Of a stretch of DNA of 47,736 nucleotides, positions 12,599 to 26,033 are shown one piece after another. Origin of the DNA: Chromera velia (lineage: Eukaryota); NCBI GenBank assembly GCA_018398765.1, contig JAHBMJ010000426.1:1-47736 (forward strand), in the 5' to 3' direction. Under the pieces are notes generated by a model that made no database searches, had not been told where the DNA came from, and saw only the letters and a program-made list of their open reading frames with translations. Every line of letters starts with the position of its first letter. The first letter of the stretch is position 1. The translations under genes were made by a program, and so were the position numbers.

Positions 12599-14356
12599 AT
12601 CACACCCCCTCTTCTTCTTTCCACATCGATTTCCACATCATCAACAAGCAGTCAGAATAGAACATTTGAAATCTATGCCCTAGTCTGTGGCCCCTAGATC
12701 CATGCTTCGTCCAAAACTTTGTCCTTCTCCTCTCCTCTCCTCTCCTCTCCTCCCCAAGCTCCCCACCGGCATCACCAGAAATATCCCTCTGTATCGGAAC
12801 GAGTCGGATAAATCCAATCAGAGAGAGCTAAAGAGAACCCCCCAACGAAATGTGACAGGGGGAGCTGGGGCATGTTCTTCCGTCCGTCCAGCTGGCGAGA
12901 AGACCTTTGTTTGATCCGATCCATTGTCGATGAAGACAAAAGAATTAAAGGTATTCCCCCACCATGCACCTCTTCTCCCCCCCACTCGAGTGGAAAGGAA
13001 AAGACCTTCGGGAAAAGAACAGAAAACTTCTGCTCCGTACCGCAGGAAGGGCCACACAACGATTCCTGAAGATCATCAATGTGGAAAGGACCGACCGACA
13101 GCGTAGAAGAATCGGATTCCACCCTCCTCCCCTCCCCTCCCCGCCCCTCGATCCATCAACATCAACTATCGATCGATCGATCAAGTTCAGTTAGAGTCCC
13201 TACGCGGATGTCTGTGAAGCGACACTGGCCGCCCCAGTGTAACTTGACTGCACCACCTCATGCTCCGTCTCCCCTCTCGCTGCTGGTGTGGCTGGCTCCT
13301 GTACTTGTACTTGTTTTCTGCACGCAGCCGGCCAAGAAAGCGCACGGGAGAAAAGGTTGCGACACAAAAAGTTGCAGGAGCGCCCCTCTTTTCTGCCCAA
13401 CCTCTGGCGCTGGAAGGAATCAAGGGGGAAGCTAGAAGGATCTCTTCGTGGCAGCTAGCTTGGGGTAGCTGGAGGGAGTGGGGCGGAAGTGATGAACCAG
13501 TGTCAAGCAGGGAGGGAGGGAGGGAGGGAGGGAAGGAGGGAGGGAGCGGAGAGAGAGGGGCTGAGAGGAGGGCAAGGATGCCGGGAGGCTGGCTGCAGGG
13601 GACAGCTCTACAGAGATGCGACAGAGAAGCAATTAGAGATTTGTACAGAGATTTGACAGAGAACTAATTTGAGGAGATTTTCTACCGAGATTCTACAGAG
13701 GTCGCTTTAGACAGAAGAATGAATGCGACTGCATTGAACGTCGACTCAGCTTTGTGTGGCATTATGACCGATTATGACGAACACCTCTTCTCAGGCTTGC
13801 CTCAACAGCCATGCAAAGGAAGCCATGTCTTCGCTGCAACACCCGCGTGTGGCACCCAACACGCAAGGGTGGAGATTTTGACTTCCACGAAAAGGTTGTC
13901 ACCACACAAAAGAATACTCACTTTTTGGGATATTTTCCTCTTGTTCCCCCCGGCGCGTCCTTCAGGTCAAAGTCCATGTCGTCAGATCTCACTGACAGAC
14001 CACCTGCAAGAACGAAGCCAAGCAGACAGACAGGCAGAAAGGAGAGAAGACCGGAAGGCAGGAAACGGGTCTCTGCGTATCGGTCAGGCAAGCAAGAGAG
14101 GAGCGCTGTTCTAGGTAGGGCATGTAGGCATGGATGCATGCAGGCAACCGGGCGGGAAAGGAAAGAAAGAAGAACGATCAGCCCCGCCCCCCTCCCCACC
14201 CGTGATGAACTTTCACCGACGAAACAAGTGAATGAAGAGCTCACAGATCGATAGCAAAGGCAGAGATAGAGAGAAATACAAGTAGACCGACGAGAGCTTT
14301 ATTCATATTCTGAACGAGCCCGGTGCTGGCTGGACACTCACAGCGGCCGTACGTAC

Positions 14357-17081
14357 CTTTTCTCAAAAGGGTCTCTCACGGTAGGGGAGAAGGGAAGGAA
14401 ACCAGCGAGCACGGGGGTGACACCAATCTTGAGAGCGTCGACCGTGGTGAGGGTCTTCAGCAGAGCCTCTGCGGCACGCCGGACGAGTTGCTCCGTGTCG
14501 GACAGGAGGTCGAAGAGAAGGGGCATGTTAGCGGCGCAGAATGCAATGAAGGTGGGAGCAGAGCTGCAGGCAGCACAAGGAAACAAGCTGTCAACATACA
14601 AAGTCGCAACCAAAACAGGAGGAAATGTTGTCTGTTTCTGTCTCGTTTGTCTAGATGCAGAAGCGCCAAAACACATATCGCAGAGACAAGAGCACGTCAT
14701 GCTGAAGACTAGATACGTACCTGTTCTGAATGTGAGAAAGAAAGCCACTGAGTGCACCAGCAATTGAAAAAGGACCTAGCAGAAGAAAAGGCAACAGGTT
14801 GTCAAAACGGGAAGAAAAGAAAGCAGAGACTCACCGAGCATCCTGCTTGCAGAGCTCATCAAGAACCATCAAGGCTCCTTCTCTTCCATCACAACCACTC
14901 TCTCCGCTGTCGAGGAGAACCTCTTGAAGAGCCGCAACAAGGCCGTAGTCCGTCAGCGGGTTGAATTCGTCGAGAGAACAATCCTCAAAGACTAGCCGAG
15001 CTATCTTTGAGGAGATGCCCAGCTTGTCAGATCCCCTTTCCTTCGCGATGTCGAGTAAATCGACAGGATGGTCGGAAGGAGCCGGCTCAATCGGGATGTG
15101 CTGCATCATGTGGAGAGCCTCCTGGCTGGGCTGCTCGTCAGATTGCCTTCTCCGAGTCCTCAACCCCCTCCCCCGGACGAAGCGCCCCAGACGCCTCATA
15201 GGAGGAGGGGGAACGGCGGGACCGATCGCTCCTCCTGGTCATGCAACTGACTAGACAGAACCCCCCAATACGGAGAAAGAGGACCAATCGTCGACTCCCA
15301 CTTGTCTCCCTCCGAAACGATCGGCTCTTTCCGCAGGGAAGTCATCATGCGAAGAAGGGGGAGCGGTCGCTCGTCTGCATGAGCAGTCTCCGGGGGGGAG
15401 TTCTTCAGTCCCTCTGGAGGGGGGGCCTCATCGTCAAGACCCACAGGAGATTCTGAGGAACGCAAAGGCATCTTTCTGTCAATAACCCCCTCACCCCTCA
15501 CCCCCTCCTGGTTACGCGACTGACCAGACGGACCAGCAGACACACCACAAGGAGTGATGAGAAGAGGGGAAAAGGATGGAAGGATCGATTGCGATTCTCG
15601 ACTGGGATTGGATCCCATGGGCATGTTATCAGAGGATTGCAGAGGTTCCACATGGACGACAATGTCTGACTCAGGCCGGCCGTCGTCTACTCTCTCGTCT
15701 TTTTCCTTCTGTGTTGCTGCTATTTCTAGAATGATTCCTTCAGGTTCTGTGCCCTCGGGGTCGGGGTGGGGGTTCGGGGCGGGCGGAGCGCAACGTCGTT
15801 CTGGAGGAACTTCTGGCAGCTACACGCCACTCCCTCCCCCCCCGAGAAACAACACAACCAGACGGACCAGCAGACAAAAACGGAGAAAGAGGACCAATCG
15901 TCGACTCCCACTTGTCTCCCTCCGAAACGATCGGCTCTTTCCGCAGGGAAGTCATCATGCGAGGAAGGGGGAGCGGTCGCTCGTCTGCATGAGCAGTCTC
16001 CGGGGGGGAGTTCTTCAGTCCCTCTGGAGGGGGGGCCTCATCGTCAAGTCCCACAGGAGATTCTGAGGAACTCAAAGGCATCTTTCTGTCAATAACCCCC
16101 TCACCCCTCACCCCCTCCTGGTTACGCGACTGACCAGACGGACCAGCAGACACACCACAAGGAGTGATGAGAAGAGGGGAAAAGGATGGAAGGATCGATT
16201 GCGATTCTCGACTGGGATTGGATCCCATGGGCATGTTATCAGAGGATTGCAGAGGTTCCACATGGACGACAATGTCTGACTCAGGCCGGCCGTCGTCTAC
16301 TCTCTCGTCTTTTTCCTTCTGTGTTGCTGCTATTTCTGGAATGATTTCTTCAGGTTCTGTGCCCTCGGGGTCGGGGTGGGGGTTCGGGGCGGGCGGAGCG
16401 CCAAGTCGTTCTGGAGGAACTTCTGGCAGCTACATGCCACTCCCTCCCCCCCCGAGAAACAACACAACCAGACGGACCAGCAGACAAAAACGGAGAAAGA
16501 GGACCAATCGTCGACTCCCACTTGTCTCCCTCCGAAACGACCGGCTTTTTCTGCAGGGAAGTCATCATGCGAGGAAGGGGGAGCGGTCGCTCGTCTGCAT
16601 GAGCAGTCTCCGGGGGGGAGTTTTTCAGTTCCTCTGGAGGGGGGGCCTCATCGTCAAGTCCCACAGGAGATTCTGAGGAACTCAAAGGCATCTTTCTGTC
16701 AATAACCCCCTCACCCCTCACCCCCTCCTGGTCACGCAACTGACCAGACAGAACAGCAGACAAAAACGGAGAAAGAGGACCAATCTAGGGACCAATCGTC
16801 GACTCCCACTTGTCTCCCTCCTGAACGACCGGCTTTCTCCGCACGGAATTCGCAGGAAATTCTGTGGAATTAACTCAAAGGGTTTTTTCTGTCAATGACC
16901 CTCTCACTCCTCACTCCCTCCTGGTCTTGCAACTGCCCAGACAGAACAGCAGACCAACATGGAGAAAGAGAACTAATGGTTGACTCCCACTTGTCTCCCA
17001 ATTGTCTCCCATTTCCTCAGCTCCGCTCACTCCAAGAGGGGCATGGAGCAAGAGGCCAAACAATGTGAAGAGCGTCCGCAT
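14357..17081 (-). pseudogene. Disrupted gene: signal-peptide-like start, acidic/Pro-rich repeats, C-terminal HEAT/ARM-like helices
   Basis: The ATG at 17081 gives MRTLFTLFGLLLHAPLGVSGAEE. An intron at 14834-14564 (gtgagt...ctgcag) joins REGALMVLDELCKQDAR in frame to SAPTFIAFCAANMPLLFDLLSDTEQLVRRAAEALL, which is HEAT-like. Upstream parts carry frameshifts and stops, and the 3' end is unresolved. Confidence 0.55.
15271..16790. repeat. 610-bp tandem duplication (~2.5 copies), with further degenerate sub-units to ~17000
   Basis: cggagaaagaggaccaatcg occurs at 15271, 15881 and 16491, with degenerate copies near 16768 and 16961. Confidence 0.95.
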
Positions 17082-17405
17082 GACACAGGACCTCCACTGC
17101 TGAAGAGAGAAGTGGTTGCTTTCCAGAGCTCAGTTTTAGTGGCCGTCGGTCTTCAGGAAAGATGCAGAAAACCTTGGCGTTGTGCAACAGTGCTCAAGTC
17201 TCAATTTGACTCTCAAACAGCAGATTTGCAGCTGCGAAGAGCTTGTCCTTCCTGACTCAATGCTTCTCCAGGTTTTGCGACACAGAGAAAAGCCCTGAAA
17301 TGTGAAACATCCTTCTAGCCGTAGTATAGCACAGTATATATATATATAGCAATGGTGTGAACACTTCAACAACACCTTCCCTGAGTTAATTAAGTTCGCT
17401 CTCAC

Positions 17406-17552
17406 AATTCGTGCAACACTTTCGACGCACGCAAACAACTGTTTAACAACATGCACTTTGACGCACGCGCGGAACGCATGCATGCACTGAGTGCATGCGC
17501 GCGCGCGTGCGTCAAAGTGTTGTTTGCGTGCGTCGAAAGTGTTGCACGAATT
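17406..17552. repeat. Palindromic hairpin element (possible MITE)
   Basis: Perfect 34-bp inverted arms at 17406-17439 and 17519-17552, plus inner arms cactttgacgcacgcgc / gcgcgtgcgtcaaagtg. Confidence 0.85.
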
Positions 17553-20500
17553 TGCGATGCATGCATGCAATGATGCAGTCTAGAAATTTAGGTCAAAATT
17601 ACCGTCAAATTGTCATGCAGTCTGTCTGACTTTGCAGCTTCTGTCTGAAGTGAACGGGCTTCAATCTGGAAGCAAATCGCAAGCCGCTTGAAACGGAAAG
17701 CCATCCACCTTGCCGAAGACCTTTCCATAAGCTGTGCTTTGTGTTGTGAAGGGCAGGAACGGCTTTCCGCGGCTTTCAATTTCGAACCTTTCAAAGCCGG
17801 ATCGATACTTGATCGGCCTTCAAACTTTGCGTCCAGAACAGAACGGAATGCCCGTCTAGAAGCGGTTTCCCCTTTGCTGCCGCTTCTAGATGCATTCACA
17901 AGCTTTCTTCTCTCTTGTGTGCGTTCGTTATGCTCGGCAAAGGCGCTGGCTGCGCAAGGAAGGGCGCTTCAGGGATCTCGCCTTCGAGGATCGAAATGGC
18001 ATTTCGATCGAACCTTCGGATGACGTGTGGACGACATCGATGTCTGTTCTGGAAACCTTCTCTGGTGCTTTGGAACTCCTTTCCTGTTCAAGAACTCCTT
18101 TCTGTGGACTACACTCCTCTGTAGAGAGAGGGCTAGTTGCTAGGCTAGTTGCAGATGGAGCATATATATATAAGTGATGGTGTATGTTTGCTTTGGGTCT
18201 CCATTTGGACCTCAACTGTTCCATCCTTCACCCCCTTCACTGTTCTGCCGTTCCGCACACACTTTTGTCTGATTTCTGCCTGCCTGGCTGGCTGCTGGGG
18301 ATGTCTTGTGCAATCATATAGCCTTTCTCAGTGCCTGCAGGGTCCACTTCATATGAACCCCCCATGATTGAAATTCATGACCCCGACCCCGTCTAGGACC
18401 CCGCCAGCACCGGGTCGGTTTTCCGGCATGTTACCCGCATGATTGTTATCCTGAACGGGATCACACGTGCAATCTCCCCACCCTCGCCTCCCTCCCCACC
18501 CTCCCCTCCCTCTGCTGCGATCCTGTGAGGGGGCAGGGAGTGCTTGCAGAAGCTTAGGGGGGACTCTTTCGCTACTCTCTGCCTCTCTTTCTCTTTCTCC
18601 ACTCCCGTCTCCTTAATTGCGGGGAGTAGTCGGAGTTACTGTGTGTGTAACACTGCAGTCTCTGCTGTCTTTTTTCTAAAAGCGGGAGAAGAAAGAGGGA
18701 GTGTATGACTTCAAATTGAAACAAACATGTGGAGCTACAGTGAGAGAATACCTACCTGCCGGCTTTGCGATTCTCCATCCGTGAGTGGTCAAGAACTTCT
18801 TGGCATTCCCAGACGTGTCCAGGTCTCTTCCATCTCTCGTCGTAGACCAGCTTTGCGTTTGCTGGCCGGCTTGGGGCTGCACTTCATTAGAAAGGTCTGC
18901 GGCCTCCATCTCCACATCACCTGATTCAGAACCGTGTGCACTCATGACTGAAAACGAATTAGGAGAACGAATTAAACTAGGAATTAAACTGAAAGAGCTA
19001 GCATGGAAGCAGATTGAATGTACACAAGGGGCTTAGAAGACAACAGTATTGATACTTAGTCAGATCCACTCGACTGTCTGTCCTCGCTACGGCAGGGACT
19101 CGGAGTTCAAGAAAGCAGCATCACTTTGCGTGACTTAAGATGATGCTCGAGGGATATAGCAAAAATAGCCAATCACTGTCTTAAAAAATAGCCAATTGTG
19201 ATGGTGACCACGGCTAGAATACGGCTAGACGGTATGTGACGGGCGCTATGGGTCCCCCGGACCTGCCAAAATTTTGGTATGCCCACGCTAGGCGGCTCTG
19301 TTCAAAAGCGTGGTAGATTTAGAAAATTGAGCCTATAGCGGCTTGCAAATTCGTAAACAATCTCCAGCGTTTCTCCGCTCGTGGATCGGTTTAATGTTGT
19401 TCAAACACTAGTTCAAGCATTGCATAGATAAAACAACTGTTGTTTGACTGTTGTTCATGTGTTGCATGGTCGATGCAAGTTGCTATCGATAGCTTTAAAT
19501 AATTTAAGCTTCCTGCGGCGTCCTGCCTTTAAGTTAAGATCAAAGGAAACCTTTAATTAATTTCAGTTCTAACTTCATCTAACTTTCAAAACTGGATAAT
19601 CATGCGGTAGTCGACCGTCAGAGCGAGCGTCTATTTAATTTATGGTCTTTTATTTTGTTTTGTATTTTAAAAGCTGAAAAAAAAAACAAAAATATTTCTT
19701 TATATTGAAACTCAGTGTTTAACTCACAGAGCTAGTCACAAAAATTATTTGTATATCACAGATACATTGAAAACTAGATTGAGAACGTTTTTCTTTTTTT
19801 AATTTTTAATTACACTGCTTGTTTTTTGAGTCTGTATAGTCACAGTAGGTCATAGTTCCTATATTTTTTTCGAAGCTCTCTTTTCTGACCTCTTTTTTTC
19901 ATCATCCTCACCTTTTTTTCTCTCCTTCACTTCCTTTTTGCTACTTTTTGCTTTAATACGCCTCAATGCACCTACGATAGGTGTTGCTTACTACAACTTT
20001 GACTCTTGAAACGTCTGAAGCGCCCCGATTGCCGAGGAATCATGTTGAATGCACACATCAATTTCACTCCCGGCCGCCAGACTGCCTTCGCGGCTTTCTG
20101 ACTGCTATGACTTTTGCGCTTTTCCCTCTTTTCGAAAGCATCTTTCGGCTCTAAGACAGGGTACCTGTCTGTCCTATTTTTGAATTCGGAAAATCGTCAC
20201 AAATACTGTCGTCGGCCACCAGGAAAACTGTAACAGAGAGTGCAGACTCTCTTTCGACTTCTGTCGACTCCCTTCTTTCCTGAATTCCTTCTGTTTGCGT
20301 CTCCCATCCTCTCTCAAGATCCATCGTCGTTGCACGCACCCTCCCTCCTTCCCCGGGAGTCTCACTTTTCCCGTCTGCTTTTTTCCCCTCGTACTTCCTC
20401 AACGACCTTCTGCAGTACAAGTAAACCAACCATCATGCGTCTCTCCTTCTTTCTTCGCGTCGCACCCCTTCTTTGAGTGAAGTAGTCAGATCACCTTTAT

Positions 20501-21083
20501 TCAATACTTTTCTTCGATCCATTTGTTTCATCGTGAATCTTCTGTCGTTGCCGAACCGTCAGAAAGCCTCGCATCCCCTTCTCCCCTTTCCTTCCCCCTT
20601 TCCCCCAACAAAGCCGAACAAAAAAGCGTTCCGCACATCGTGTCTCCTTCGTTCACCGCCCTCACTCTTGCAACAGTGCCGCGTCGTCTTCCCCTTCCAC
20701 GGCCGTCGGGGCTCCCTCGCTCCCATCTGCCCACTGCATGTATTCAGCAGAAAATCAACCTAGCAACCCACAAGAGACCAAAAGAAAAGAAAAAAGGGGT
20801 TCACAAAGCCAAAAAAGAAAACAAAAACAATTTCGTACAGAGACAACAGAGGATGAAGGAAGGGACCTCCCGGGCTAGCTCGACGAGATTCGACGGAAGA
20901 CCCAGATCCCCCTCCACACGTTTAGAAAGAAGTAACAGTTTCCTCTCTTCCCGCATAAGATTGCAGAACCACAAAAAAGATCGAACCCAAAAGACGGCAA
21001 GAAAGGCAATGGTTGCTGCATTTCAACAACGAAACGATCGATCGATATTTTCCTCCACATGATCATTCATTCCCCCTACCTAG

Positions 21084-24000
21084 TTAGTCTGCCCAACCAA
21101 CCTGCAGTTGTCTCCTCACTAGGTCCCTGTACAGCCCCCCAGCCTTCAGGAGTTCCGGGTGCGTTCCAGACTCCACAACCTTGCCCTGATTCAGCACCAA
21201 AACCTGGTCGGCATCCCTGACCGTGCTCAGACTGCGCAAAGGTACGTATAGAGGAGGGTGTAAAGAGAACAATTCAAGAGAGGCAGGGGAGGCGGGGCGA
21301 AGAAGAAGCAAGAAGCTGTGAAGCAATGTGGACACAACGCAGCTCACTTTCCTTTCTTTCAAGGACCCAGAATCGCTCAAATAGAACAGATGTAAGCTAA
21401 GCAGCGAAAATCAAGAGAAAAAATGGGGTCAACGCACTGGCCGACCAACCAACCGACCGATGTGCGATGATGACCACAGTTCTTCCCTTCATGACTCTCT
21501 CCAACGCTTTCTGAACGAGGGCCTCACTTTCTGCATCCAGGGCAGAGGTCGCCTCGTCAAGAAGAAGGACGCGCGGATTCATCATCAACGCTCTCGCAAT
21601 CGCAACTCTGCAAGCAACCAAGCAACAGGTAGCACAATGAATGCAGGAGGGAGTAACTCAATGAAGACACGCATGCTTTCTGTCTCCCTATTCCCCATCC
21701 CGCTGTCTCTGGGTGTGCGCTTGCATGACAAGAGAGGCAGAAGAGAACCAAATACATTCTCACAGTTATGTCGCTCTCTTTAGAGTTTTTGAAATGAAAG
21801 AAAAGGACTCATATCTGCCCTTTTGAAATGCTCCTTTTTCTTTCCTGGTCTCTCCCCCCCCTTTTTTTTTGCGCCTTCTCTCCTTCGCATTCTTTTTGCT
21901 TCTCTCTGGTGCGATGATTCCCAAAAAGTACTGCAGTATTAATTCAGAGAGCAGCAGCATGGATGCGAACTTTCCAGGTCGTAATTTTATGTGTTATTCC
22001 CTCATCCGCCCTCCTTGTGCTAACCCACTCACCTCTGCTTCTGGCCTCCTGACAGCTGGACTCCCCTCTCTCCGACTTTTGTGTCGTAACCCTGCAAACA
22101 CAGGGGTGGTCAGGCACAACACCACACACACAGCGAGACAGTGTCACAGACACACGTGTAAACATATCATAGTCAGAATACCACGCCCATTCTGTTTTTG
22201 ACTTTGTTACACCTAAGAGCATTCTCTTTCCGTACTTGTCCCTCCTTCTGTCTATCGACACTCAAAATCCTATTCAGGCAAGCTGACCCTTTCTGACACT
22301 CATGTTTTGCACCAGTCGACTGAAGACTGACCCAGCTGTTTCGCTGTTTCATCTTCTTCTTCTCAATCACTTCTCGTTTGCTTCTCCTTGTGTAAATCAG
22401 AAAAAAGAGCTGCCCGTTGAGACAGACACTCTGCCACACAAATATATACGTTCTTGGGTGATTCTCTGAGCATTGCTGTAGAGCCTGACAAGACATGACG
22501 AGGCAGCACTGACTGACATCAGGAAATCCTGAGATGAACGTGTGGGCGTTTGCTTCCTCTGCAGCCTTCTGGACCTCCTCCATCGTCCAGCTGCCTGCCT
22601 CCCTCCCGTATGCGATGTTCTCGGCGACGGTGCCGGAGAAGAGGGCAGGCTCTTGTGCAACGAGGGCGACCTGTACGCAAACGGATGGAGAGACAGACTA
22701 TGCGCCGTTTCCTCTCCTTTCCTTCTCTTAATTTATTGTGCCAATGTACAAACAGACAAAGGTGAGAATGATGAGGCCATTCGAGAGAAGAAAGAAGTCA
22801 AGGAAAAATTGCTTGCCGTCCTCTTCATGTTGATTGATTGAGACTTCTCACAAAACAAATCAGCTCTCCTCTTTACCTAGGCAGGTCACCGAAAGGGAAA
22901 GCCAGCGCAAGCTCTCTCTCGCGCTTCCTCGTCTTTTACCACAGTTTACGTACACGAAAGACCGTACAATAATCTGGCACATGTCCATGTCTTTTCTCCA
23001 ACTCCCCCGCTTTCTGTTCATCCAGTTTAGACCTCTTCAAGGAGAAACTGTTCAAGGAGAGCCCCCCCCCTTTTTCCTTCCCATCTGCCCCCCCGACCTT
23101 CTCGTGGAGCCACCTAGGGTCCAAGTCCTTCAGATTCCTTCCGTCCAGACTCACTGAGCCAGCAGTAGGGTCGTAGAAGCGCTCTATCAAAGCAACAATC
23201 GTCGATTTGCCTGAAGGAAAAGGGACGCACGAACACATGCGCACAGAAATCATGCACATGTGTGTCCTTCATGAAAATTAAATGGACCCCCCAGCCTCGC
23301 GTGACAGCGTAACGACCAAGAATCAACCACCCCACAAACACAAGAATCCATCCCGTAGAGAGAGGGAACGGGAAGGAGGAAGGGAGGCAGAGAGAGAAAA
23401 GAAGAGGCAGCAAGGCAGGCACTCACCCGCTCCTGAGGGCCCCACGAGCGCCACAACTTCTCCCGGTCTGCGCACAAGAAGAAAATTACGGATACCAGCG
23501 ATCTCATTGCGACCCATTCAACACTTCTTTAGGAGTCTCCACTTTTTATCCGTCTATTCAGTTGCGAGTCAACGAAAAAAACAGTTCACTTGCTTTGAGA
23601 TTTTGCTGCCCAATAGAATTCATCTCGTGAGCCGGCGTGTTTCTTTGGAATGATTCTTTTCCTCTCACTGACTGACTCACTTGCATGTGAAGCTCAGTCC
23701 TCTTGCCACCTGCACATCCGATCGTTGCGGGTATGCAAATTCGACGTTCTCGAAAACGATCTCCCCTGCAATGGCTCCTCCCTTCCCCTTCACTCCCTCT
23801 GTCTGCTTCCCCCCTCTTCCAAGGACCCCCTCGTCAGGTCTCTCCCCCCCCTCGCAGTTCACTAGAGGTTCCCTGTCGATGAAGGAGAAAATCCGACGGG
23901 AAGCCCCGACTGCCTTCATCAACTGACTGAAGAGATCACCCAGGCCGCCCACCTGCACAGAGAGAGACCGTCACAGAGAGAGAATCGGGTATTAAGAAAA

Positions 24001-24634
24001 AAATAGAAAGTCAGAAAGAGGCAAGGAGAATGGAGAATGTGCATCTGTTTATGTCGAGAGTGAATTTTTCTGTGCGGCTTCAAGAATGCGAGTGGAAGAC
24101 TTGGCTGTGACTGGAGAAAGAGAAGACAACACAAAAGCCCACCCAGACATTGTTACAAGAATCACAAACAGACTGATCTCACGCATTAATTCGTGAGTGC
24201 CCCGACTGACTGACTGACTGCGATGGCCACGTAGAGAGTGTAGAAGAGGAAGGACGTGAGAGTTCCCGGACTCATCTCTCCGGAGATCACCAGCTTCCCC
24301 CCATACCACAAAACGAGAGCAATGGCGAGATAGGCAACCAAACCGACCACACCCGAAAAACCACCATAGTACCTGCATATGCACATTCATTCCCAGTTGG
24401 GTCGGTCCATTCACAGAAGAAGAGTGACAGACTGACAGACAGACAGACAGACAGGGAGAGAGGGAGGGTGCACAAACACACCCCAAAAAAGTCCTGCAGG
24501 AGCGACGCAGGCAGAAAGAAACGCAGGCTTTCCCTCACACGCACCCGCTGACTGACCATGCCTGTTTCACACCCAATTTGTATGCAGCGTCTACTTTCCC
24601 GTTGTATCTCGCGGCCTCCTTGCGCACCTGCACG

Positions 24635-24672
<38 letters not shown>

Positions 24673-25997
24673 AAGAGAGACAGAAAGAGAGACAGACAGA
24701 GAGACAGACAGAGACAGAAGGATCCCATGAGCATAAGCTTCAGAGTAAGATCCCCAAATTGTTCCTTCAGGCCAGTCAGCCCTTTGTTTCGTCACGGATA
24801 AGTGCAGAAAGAACTACTCAACCGACGGCGCAGGTACCGTCTACCAACCCTCCTCTGCAAACCTCTTACTTCTCTACCAAGCAGCGCTCCTGCAAATCCA
24901 CACCAGATGCGAAAAACAGATGCAACAACTCCCTCCTCCCATACCAACCTCCATAGAGAAGCTTCGAACTGTTCGGATTCCCCCAAACACCTCCGATGCC
25001 ACCTCCCCCCCCTCTGCGAGGGCCTTCTGATATTGCTCGCTCACTTTCCCCGCCAGCTTGCCGTATAGCACAGCGAAGACAGCCACTGGAGGCACCACTG
25101 CGACCATCACCAAGGTCAACTTCCAGGAGACCAAAAAGAGAACCAACAAACCCAAAACGGCCTGGGCAAGCCACCTGCATGACGCACATTGATATGTTTA
25201 CTTTCATCCAGAATTCTTTTATTAATTCTGTACAGAAAAAAGAATTGAAAGTAAAGGCAAGCCACCTGCATGACGCACATTGATATGCAGATAAAATCAC
25301 ACGCACACACACGCAGAGTAAACAGGACGCTCACACTCCGGCCAGTCACTCTATGTCCACCAGGTCTCGGGAGGGAGGAAAAGGACCAAACAGATGCAGA
25401 CAATGGAGAAGGAAAGGAACGTACCACCCTCTTCACTCAATTCACGAACACGAACACAGGTCGACTTTGGGGATTAAGTGTGCCTCCGGCAATGCAGAAC
25501 GAAGCAATGGTGGTCCGTCCATTCGTTCGCTTGCTACTTTTAGAGTCGATGCGCGTGCTGACTTGAGTTTGAAAGCAGAAAGTCCCTCACGTGTGAAGAG
25601 GAGCAATGTTAGATTAGATCGGTATGCAGACACCTCACATACCTACCTGAGTCCCATGGAGACGTTGACTGTCGCTGCGTTTTGAATGGTCGTCGCGTCT
25701 GCCGCTAATCTGTTGACCAGCTCTCCCGACTGGACCTCATCGAAAAACCCAATCTCCTGGCGAACCTGCAGGGAGACGAGACCACTCAGCAGGGAGAGAA
25801 GAAAAGAGAGAGAGAGAGCCGTCAGGCAGGCAACCTTGCACAAACACAGAAAGAAGTCTGGCAGGATCGAGTCACGAGATCTTCATTCAGTGTAGCAGCA
25901 TGCACTGGAGAATCCAATTGACACAGGCGAACCGGAATATGACACCATTTCAAATACAAAAGGGATCGACGAGCAAGCGTTCTCACACAAACAAAAG

Positions 25998-26033
<36 letters not shown>

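Noticed and set aside
17588..18945. Possible minus-strand gene starting MSAHGSESGDVEME with a gtaggt donor near 18754
   Set aside because: The first exon is plausible, but I could not build a consistent downstream model or recognise a domain.
19430..19950. AT-rich tracts (also 3130-3480, 11520-12300 and 36600-37500) as organellar insertions or RNA genes
   Set aside because: No tRNA, rRNA or organellar gene motif is visible; they are more simply explained as decayed repeats.
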